Below are positions 57,400 to 64,000 of a stretch of DNA of 64,000 nucleotides, in pieces; the first letter of the stretch is position 1; each line of letters starts with the position of its first letter. Below the pieces are notes generated by a model. The model worked only from the letters and a program-made list of their open reading frames with translations. It was not told where the DNA came from and did not search any database. The stretch spans positions 32,001 through 96,000 of the forward strand of contig JAYTOU010000031.1 in the NCBI GenBank assembly GCA_043747615.1, given 5' to 3'. The stretch is from Myxococcales bacterium (GTDB lineage Bacteria > Myxococcota_A > Polyangia > Polyangiales > Polyangiaceae). The translations under genes and the position numbers were made by a program.

Positions 57400-58461
57400 C
57401 TAACGCGGCGTAAGTGGGAGTTCCAGTACGAAGATGCAGCCTCTTCCGGGGAGATTCTGGATGTGAATCGCGCCGCCGTGCGCCTCGGCGGCTTGCTTGG
57501 CGATCGGCAAGCCGAGGCCGAAGCCCGTACGGTCGACGCCCATCTGCGAGAACGGCAGAAACGCCTTCTCGACCATGCCGTCGGGGAGGCCGCCGCAGGT
57601 GTCCTCGACTTCGATGCTGACGCGATTTTCGCGCACCCGGGCGCGGATCTCTACCCGCCCTCCGTCGTGACTGAATTTGACGGCGTTTCGAGCGAGGTTG
57701 ATGAGGGCCGAGCTGACGAGGCGCGCATCGACGACGAGCTCGTGATCCTCGTCGAGCTGGCAGGTAAGGGTGATCCCTTTCTCCTCCGCGCTCAGGCTCG
57801 CCGCGAGCTCGACGTCATGCAGCAAGGCCGAGAGGAGGATGGCCTCCGGACGGAGCGTCACCGCGGCGCCGACCTGCGCGTCGCGAAGCGAGTTCTCGAT
57901 GAGCTCATGCATGCGTGCGAGGCCGCGCTTCAGGATCTGGAGGAAGCGATCGTCTTTCAGTTGCCCCGCGCGCAGGATGGCGGCGAGGGCGCCGTTGACC
58001 GCGCCGAGCGGATTTCGGAGCTCATGCGCGACGAACGCGAAGTGCTCGTTCGACTGCCGACGAAGCTCGCCGTCGCGCTGCCGGGCGTACTCCGAGACGG
58101 CCTCGGCAATCCCGGTGATCGTGCAGTGGTAGAGGACCTCGCGCTCCCCGTTGCTGACGTTCACCCCCGCCGCGTTGGCCTCTTCGATGATGGCCTGGCC
58201 GAGGGCGCCGTACTCGCGCACCACGGAATCGAGGTTGAACCCGAGACCCAGGCGCTGCACTCCGTGCTCGGCGGCGATGTCGCTGACGTCGAGGATCGAA
58301 AGGCGGCGAAGATTGCCGGCCACCTCGTCGAGGAACATCGGCAAGTGATCGACGAGCTCCGCGCGAGGCATTGACCCAGGATGGAGACTCCCGCTCACCA
58401 TTCTCTCCCAGCGTTGCAAGATCTCGTCGCGGCGCGACGAGATGAGCTCGGGAAGATCCAT
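57400..58461 (-). CDS. Sensor histidine kinase with RsbRD_N-like domain
   Basis: EILQRW...EHGVQRLGLGF...VREY; AHELRNPL, NAVKF, DTCGG, GFGLGL. Confidence 0.88.
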   Translation of the reverse strand: MDLPELISSRRDEILQRWERMVSGSLHPGSMPRAELVDHLPMFLDEVAGNLRRLSILDVSDIAAEHGVQRLGLGFNLDSVVREYGALGQAIIEEANAAGVNVSNGEREVLYHCTITGIAEAVSEYARQRDGELRRQSNEHFAFVAHELRNPLGAVNGALAAILRAGQLKDDRFLQILKRGLARMHELIENSLRDAQVGAAVTLRPEAILLSALLHDVELAASLSAEEKGITLTCQLDEDHELVVDARLVSSALINLARNAVKFSHDGGRVEIRARVRENRVSIEVEDTCGGLPDGMVEKAFLPFSQMGVDRTGFGLGLPIAKQAAEAHGGAIHIQNLPGRGCIFVLELPLTPR

Positions 58462-58584
58462 TGCGAGCAATCTCGGCCTCTTCGGTCCCCGACGCAACCG
58501 GGAAGGCGAAACTTCACCCGCGAACGCAACGATTGCGCGTGGGTGCTCATCGGATACTTTGACTCAGCCGGAGACTTACTTTTC

Positions 58585-59754
58585 TTGAAACCCGAGACGA
58601 CTCAGGGCGGCGACGCACCGCCCGCAAATCAGCGACTTTCGATCGTTGAGCGCTTCGACGCGGCCGCGGGATCGCAGCTGTCGCTTCGAGGCGAGCTGAA
58701 GTTCCGCGAGGCCGGCCAGATCTGGACCGACGTGCGAGGTCAGGTCTCTTCGCTCAAGAAGGGCGACCGCATCGACTTCGACATGAGCGACGTCGAGTCC
58801 GTGGACGGAGGCACGATGGCCCTCCTCGTGCACCTCCGGAGTGAGCTCGCCGAGCGCGGAGTGAGGGCCGAGTTCGTGGGCGGCCACGAAAACGTCCAAG
58901 CTCTGATTCACCTTTACCGCGGTGACGTGAAGTCCGTTCGACGGACGAAGCGAAAAGCCCAAGGCCTCTTGTCTCAGATCGGCGATGCGACCATCAAATT
59001 TTTTCAGGACATCAAAGAGGTCCTCGCGTTCTTCGGGGACACGGTGGTCGCGACCCTCGGGCTCTTCAAAGACCCGACCTCGGGCAACTGGAAAGACATT
59101 CTTCCCACCATGGAACGCACCGGCGCGAACGCCGTGCCCATCGTGATGCTCATCAATTTTTTGGTCGGCTTCGTGATGGCTTTTCAGGGCGCGACGCAGC
59201 TCAAACAGTTCGGCGCCAATATCTACGTCGCCGATCTGGTGGGACTCTCGGTGACCCGCGAGCTCGGGCCGCTCATGACTGCGATCATTCTTTGCGGGCG
59301 TTCAGGAGCCGCGTTCGCGGCCGAGCTCGGCTCCATGAAAGTCTCCGAAGAAATCGACGCGCTCCGCACCATGGGCTTCGGCCCGATTCGCTATCTCGTC
59401 TTGCCGCGGGCCATCGCGCTCATGCTCGTCTTGCCCGTCCTCACGCTGATCGGAGACTTCGTGGGCATGCTCGGCGGGCTCCTCGTCGGCCTGGCCAGCT
59501 TGGGGCTCACTGTCTCCGGATACCTCAGCGAAACCACCAAGGCCGTTGGCATGTGGGACGTCTTCTCAGGGCTGATCAAGAGCGTCGTCTTCGCGCTCGC
59601 CATCACCCTCATCTCTTGCCAGCAAGGCTTCGCGACGACGGGCGGCGCGGAGGGCGTGGGACGGCGCACGACCTCCTCGGTGGTCTCGATCCTCTTCACC
59701 CTGATCCTCATTGACGCAGGGTTCACGATGTTCTTTCACGCGTTCAACCTATGA
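58585..59754 (+). CDS. mlaE: STAS-MlaE fusion ABC permease
   Basis: STAS (DMSDVESVDGG); RELGPLMTA..GRSGAAFAAELGSMKVSEEIDAL; VGRRTT. Start uncertain. Confidence 0.88.
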   Translation: MKPETTQGGDAPPANQRLSIVERFDAAAGSQLSLRGELKFREAGQIWTDVRGQVSSLKKGDRIDFDMSDVESVDGGTMALLVHLRSELAERGVRAEFVGGHENVQALIHLYRGDVKSVRRTKRKAQGLLSQIGDATIKFFQDIKEVLAFFGDTVVATLGLFKDPTSGNWKDILPTMERTGANAVPIVMLINFLVGFVMAFQGATQLKQFGANIYVADLVGLSVTRELGPLMTAIILCGRSGAAFAAELGSMKVSEEIDALRTMGFGPIRYLVLPRAIALMLVLPVLTLIGDFVGMLGGLLVGLASLGLTVSGYLSETTKAVGMWDVFSGLIKSVVFALAITLISCQQGFATTGGAEGVGRRTTSSVVSILFTLILIDAGFTMFFHAFNL

Positions 59755-60491
59755 GCGAGCCCCTCATCAAAGTCACCGACCTCACCATGGGTTGGGGAGA
59801 CGTCATCCTGCAGCAGAACGCGAAGTTCAACGTCGAGCGTGGCGACGTGTTCGCGATCCTGGGCGGTAGTGGCTGCGGCAAATCGACGCTCCTCCGCTAC
59901 CTCATCGGCCTCGAAACACCTCTCTCGGGTGAGATCGTCATCGATGGTCTCGGCAATCCGAACCTCGAGGTCGGTCGCCCTCCGTTCGGCGTGATGTTTC
60001 AATCCGGCGCTCTCTTTGGATCGCTGACGGTCGGCGAGAACGTAGGCCTCGCGCTCGAGCAGTGGACCGATCTGCCGTACGAGGCGATCGGCGCCATCGT
60101 CCTCGCCAAATTGAAGCTCGTTGGATTGGCAGGCGCAGAGAACAAATTTCCTTCCGAAATTTCCGGAGGAATGAAGAAGCGCGCGGCGATCGCCCGGGCC
60201 ATGGCCCTCGAGCCCGAGCTTCTCTTCCTCGACGAACCGTCGGCCGGTCTCGACCCGGTAAGCGCAGTCGAGCTCGACGAGCTCATCATTACTCTCAACA
60301 AGGTGCTTGGCCTGACCGTGGTCCTCGTGACCCACGAGCTTCCAAGTATCTTCAAGATCGCAAAGCGGTGCATCATGCTCGACAAAGAAAGCAAAAGCAT
60401 CATTGCCACCGGAGACCCGTGCGAGCTGCGCGACTCCAGCACCGACCAGCGTGTGCATGATTTCTTCAACCGACTCCCGAGGGCTTCCTAA
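59751..60491 (+). CDS. mlaF: MlaF-like ABC ATPase
   Basis: GGSGCGKS, FQSGALF, SGGMKKR, FLDEPSAGLDP. Confidence 0.92.
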   Translation: MSEPLIKVTDLTMGWGDVILQQNAKFNVERGDVFAILGGSGCGKSTLLRYLIGLETPLSGEIVIDGLGNPNLEVGRPPFGVMFQSGALFGSLTVGENVGLALEQWTDLPYEAIGAIVLAKLKLVGLAGAENKFPSEISGGMKKRAAIARAMALEPELLFLDEPSAGLDPVSAVELDELIITLNKVLGLTVVLVTHELPSIFKIAKRCIMLDKESKSIIATGDPCELRDSSTDQRVHDFFNRLPRAS

Positions 60492-61474
60492 TGTCGACGC
60501 CGACCAACCACTGGAAGCTCGGGCTCTTCGTCGTCTCGGGGTTCGTGCTCGCGCTCATCACGATCGTCGTCCTCGGCGCACAGAGCCTGAAAAAGCAAAC
60601 CGTCAGCTACAAGACGTACTTCGATGAGTCGGTGCAGGGGGTCGAGATCGGCTCGCCCGTGAAGTTCCGCGGCGTCACCGTGGGCAACGTCTCGGGTATC
60701 GACGTCGCCGCCGACCACCGCCACGTGGAGATCACCAGCGATCTTGCGGTCAAAGATCTCGACGATCTCGGGCTCGCCGTCGGAGCGGGGAAAAAGGCTC
60801 GGATCAGCGTGCCGCCCGACCTCCGCGTGCAGCTCGCGTCGCAAGGAATCACCGGCGTGAAATTCCTCCAAATCGATTTCTTCGACATCAAGGACAACCC
60901 GCCGCCGGCCCTGCCGTTTCCCGTTCCGGACAACTACATTCCGGCCGCCGTCTCCACGATGAAGAACCTAGAGGACGCAGTCGTTCGCGCCGTGAACCGG
61001 ATGCCGGAGCTCGCCGACGAGATCCTCCGGGTGGTCGTGAAAGTGAGCACGCTGCTCGACGAGGTCTCGAGCAAGAAGCTGCCGGATCAAGTGGCGGTGA
61101 CGCTGCGCCAGACGAACGCGACGCTGGCCACGCTGCAAACCACGCTCAACGACGTCCACGTCGGCAAGCTCTCCGAGCAAGCCCAGACTACGCTCACCAA
61201 CTTGAACGGGACCATAGACAAGATGAACGCGCTTGTTACACGTCTCGATGGAGACAAGGGCCTCTTCGCGAGCGCTCAGCGGGCGACGACGGCGGTGGGC
61301 GACGTCGCCCAGAATGCGCGTGGTCTCGGGCAAGAGCTGGAGGAGACCTTACGCGACATTCAGGAAATGACGCTCGCCGTCGGGCGCATCACCGACGCTC
61401 TCGAGCGCGATCCCGACATGCTCCTCAAGGGTCGCGGCAAGGCAACCGCCACGGGAAAGGCGGCGGGCAAATGA
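60491..61474 (+). CDS. mlaD: MlaD/MCE protein with long helical extension
   Basis: KLGLFV, SVQGVEIGSPVKFRGVTVG, QGITG, coiled coil, LERDP..LL.G. Confidence 0.9.
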   Translation: MSTPTNHWKLGLFVVSGFVLALITIVVLGAQSLKKQTVSYKTYFDESVQGVEIGSPVKFRGVTVGNVSGIDVAADHRHVEITSDLAVKDLDDLGLAVGAGKKARISVPPDLRVQLASQGITGVKFLQIDFFDIKDNPPPALPFPVPDNYIPAAVSTMKNLEDAVVRAVNRMPELADEILRVVVKVSTLLDEVSSKKLPDQVAVTLRQTNATLATLQTTLNDVHVGKLSEQAQTTLTNLNGTIDKMNALVTRLDGDKGLFASAQRATTAVGDVAQNARGLGQELEETLRDIQEMTLAVGRITDALERDPDMLLKGRGKATATGKAAGK

Positions 61475-62088
61475 GGCGCCGCACCGGTTCGCTCGTTACC
61501 GTGCTGGCGCTCTCGTTGTTCGTGTCAGGCTGCGCCCTGACCTCAAAGAGTGACTCCGTCATTCTCCGGTACTTCGCGCTGGATGGTTCGCGAGCGCAGC
61601 CGCACCCGGCCCCCGCAGGCCAGACCAAGACCTCCGATCTCCAGCTTCGCCTCGGACGCGTGAACGCCGCGAGCTATCTCAAGGAGCGCATTGCGTACCG
61701 CGACGCCAACGTCGAGGTGGGCTACTACGACGATCTACGCTGGACGGAGAAACCCGAGTCCTACCTGCGTCGTGCGCTTGCGCGTGCGTTCTTCGAGGAC
61801 CACGGGCTCAAGCAGATCGTCTCCGGTTTCGGCCCCACCGTGGAGGTCGAGCTGAGCGCCTTCGACGAGCTGCGCGGTCCGAAGCCCGGGGTCCGCGTGG
61901 AGATGACCTGGCTCCTTCGGGACGAGCAGGTGGTCTCCGTTCAACAGTCTTTCGTCATCGAGCGCCCGCTCGCGACGACGAAGGGAGAGGCCGCTCCGGC
62001 AGACGTCGCTACGGCGCTCTCCGCCGCGCTCGACGAAGGTGTGCAACGCATCGTCGCCCAGGTGACCACGGCGTTGACCGCGAAATGA
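61471..62088 (+). CDS. PqiC-like ABC auxiliary lipoprotein
   Basis: Lipobox VSGC; YL...IAYR...YY...RW..P; operon position. Confidence 0.8.
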   Translation: MRRRTGSLVTVLALSLFVSGCALTSKSDSVILRYFALDGSRAQPHPAPAGQTKTSDLQLRLGRVNAASYLKERIAYRDANVEVGYYDDLRWTEKPESYLRRALARAFFEDHGLKQIVSGFGPTVEVELSAFDELRGPKPGVRVEMTWLLRDEQVVSVQQSFVIERPLATTKGEAAPADVATALSAALDEGVQRIVAQVTTALTAK

Positions 62089-63641
62089 GCCGCAGAATGA
62101 AGGCGCTCCCTGCTGCGCTAGCGTGTGCGTTCGTGCTGGCCCCCAAAGGCGCGCGCGCTCAGGGCAACTACCACTCGACGCCGAACGGTGGTCGCTCGGC
62201 GCTCATGGGAAACACCGGTGAAGCGCTTGGCCGAGACGGAGCTTCGCCCTTCATGAACCCGGCGACCATTGTGCGGATCCACGACACGTCGTTCGCTTTC
62301 TCGATGAATTTTTATTCGTTCACGTCCACACACCTGAGCGCGTATCACCAGTCAGGCCCCGTTGACGCCGGGAGATTTCCGGGTGTTGCACCGCAGGACA
62401 CCTCGGTGACGGACAACCAGATCACCGTGATCCCGACGACGCTTTGCCTCTTCGTCAACGTCTCCGGCTTGAGCGGAGACGATCCCGAGGAAGGAGTCGC
62501 CGACACCTCGACCCGCGTCGGGCGACAGAAGCTCGCCCTTTGCCTGGGGAACGTAGAGCGTCGAGAGACGCTTCTGCCCGCCTTGAATTACCGAACGACG
62601 ACTCCGGGCGGAGCCTCGCAGCAAGCCGGGTCGCTCACGGGTAAATGGTTTCGCTGGCGCTTCGGTCCGTCCTACGCAGGGTACATCACGAAGGAGCTCA
62701 CCATTGGCCTGTCGCTCCACGGTGTGTACAGCCACTACGGCTACCACACCGACAACACCACGGTGACCAGCGGTGGTCCAGGGGGCGGAATCCTCTCGAG
62801 CGTGGGATCGAACGGGGCGGGCACTGCGATCGACCTCGATCCTATTCTCGGCGTCACCTACAAGCTGAAGGATCGCTACACGTTCGGGGCAAGCGTGCAG
62901 ACGCCTTCGGCCCACGTGGTCGGCTCCTTCGACGGCAACCTCCACGAGGTGTACGGAGGCACGGCCCTCGACAACTCCGTGCTCACCACGGGCACCGGAG
63001 ATTTCTTTGCGCCCACGCCGGCGCGTCTCTCCGCAGGCATCGGCGTGAAGGTGGCGAGCAGCTTGAAAGTCGAGGTGGACGGCTCGTACTACTTTCCGAT
63101 GAGCTCGGCGATGCGCTCATCGCTTCAAGGGAACACCGTCACCCTCAACGGCGTGAATGCAACGTCGACGCCGTTCGACGCGACGTACGCGGTCCGGTCG
63201 CGGCCCACGGTCAACCTCGGGGTCGGAGCAGAATATTTCTTCTCTCCGAGGTTCAGCGTACTCGGCGGAGCCGGGGTCGATTTCAGCGCCACGCCCGCCC
63301 TCGACACCACGAATTTCCTCGGTGCATTCTACAAGGAACGAACCAATCGCGTCGTCGGCTCGCTGGGCGTAGGGTCGTTTCGCAACGGCGAGGACTTTCT
63401 GGTGGGAACCCAGGTCACGTACGGTTGGGGCGATGCGCTCGCCTTGAACCCGTACGTGCTGCCGAATGCGTATTCGACCGTTCACCTCCAGCAAATTGGG
63501 GCAACGGTCATCTTCGCTGGCTCCACGAACTTCGCCGCGATCAAGCGCGCCTTGAAGAACGTCGAAAAGCTCGTGAAGCCTGCTGCTACCCCTGCTGCTA
63601 CGCCTCCCGCTGCTACGCCTAATCCCGCTCCGCCAAACTAA
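62085..63641 (+). CDS. FadL/OmpP1-like outer-membrane beta-barrel
   Basis: Signal peptide; GGRSALMGNTG...DGAS..MNPA hatch motif; amphipathic strands; PAAT repeat tail. Confidence 0.65.
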   Translation: MSRRMKALPAALACAFVLAPKGARAQGNYHSTPNGGRSALMGNTGEALGRDGASPFMNPATIVRIHDTSFAFSMNFYSFTSTHLSAYHQSGPVDAGRFPGVAPQDTSVTDNQITVIPTTLCLFVNVSGLSGDDPEEGVADTSTRVGRQKLALCLGNVERRETLLPALNYRTTTPGGASQQAGSLTGKWFRWRFGPSYAGYITKELTIGLSLHGVYSHYGYHTDNTTVTSGGPGGGILSSVGSNGAGTAIDLDPILGVTYKLKDRYTFGASVQTPSAHVVGSFDGNLHEVYGGTALDNSVLTTGTGDFFAPTPARLSAGIGVKVASSLKVEVDGSYYFPMSSAMRSSLQGNTVTLNGVNATSTPFDATYAVRSRPTVNLGVGAEYFFSPRFSVLGGAGVDFSATPALDTTNFLGAFYKERTNRVVGSLGVGSFRNGEDFLVGTQVTYGWGDALALNPYVLPNAYSTVHLQQIGATVIFAGSTNFAAIKRALKNVEKLVKPAATPAATPPAATPNPAPPN

Positions 63642-63660
63642 GCGAAGCGGTGAGCGCCGC

Positions 63661-64000
63661 TCAGTGGAAGCACGCCGCGGCGTCGGCGCACGATGAGCCA
63701 GCGTCGACGACCGGCGGAACGACCGCAGCATCCGGCGTGGAGCCCGCGTCGGGCGGAGCGACCGTGCCGCCATCGGACTGCAACCCGGCGTCGTCGGCCG
63801 GCGTACCTGCGTCGGAGGCTGCGCCTGCGTCTTCGGATGTTCCTCCGCCCGACGCGCAGACAGGAAGCGAAACGGCGTTGGTGTCCATGGTGACCGCGCC
63901 TGTGCGCGCCAGGGTTCGCCCGGAGACCTTGGCGCCGGTGGTGAGCGTGATGCTCGCGAGAGCGAGGATGCTTCCCGTGAACACGGTGCCCGTTCCAAGG
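63661..64000 (-). CDS. Second DUF3494 ice-binding protein, C-terminal part (runs off window)
   Basis: LGTGTVFTGSILALASITLTTGAKVSGRTLARTGAVTMDTN, then DAG-rich tail. Confidence 0.85.
   Translation of the reverse strand, partial: LGTGTVFTGSILALASITLTTGAKVSGRTLARTGAVTMDTNAVSLPVCASGGGTSEDAGAASDAGTPADDAGLQSDGGTVAPPDAGSTPDAAVVPPVVDAGSSCADAAACFH

Noticed and set aside
1..64000. Many long overlapping antisense or alternative-frame ORFs
   Set aside because: Expected shadows of high-GC codon bias; Arg/Pro-rich with no motifs.

Overview
High-GC chromosomal window that looks like a myxobacterium of the Polyangiaceae/Labilithrix type. This is inferred from the Ser/Thr kinases, an FHA sigma-54 activator, tandem PilZ domains, Cys-rich lipoproteins with DAG linkers and a TraB-like OmpA. 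It holds about 55 genes. Recognisable blocks: XylR-type activator with yceI-pirin-MFS; VKOR-thioredoxin/OmpA-like/TlpA operon; ACE-like M2 peptidase; kinase-phosphatase pair; GT-C glycosyltransferases; a decayed Sdh1-type succinate dehydrogenase operon; a six-gene Ehr complex (hydrogenase-4-like, no NiFe ligands); two DUF3494 ice-binding proteins; an Mla/Pqi-like ABC operon ending in a FadL-like barrel. I saw no rRNA, tRNA, CRISPR or transposase. Best novelty candidates: (1) a coupled operon of cysteine dioxygenase, a caspase-fold/SAM-methyltransferase fusion and a divergent MurI-type racemase, head-to-head with tryptophan dioxygenase; (2) a ribbon-helix-helix/Zn-finger regulator whose palindromic operator YGTG-W-CACR is visible at its own promoter and at a hydrolase promoter, followed by a phasin-like protein; (3) widespread leaderless promoter geometry, including sigma-54 promoters; (4) a TraB-like protein coupled to an ice-binding lipoprotein; (5) a Cys-rich lipoprotein carrying a phage-type S74 self-cleaving chaperone. 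All family calls come from motif recognition by eye; no searches were run.
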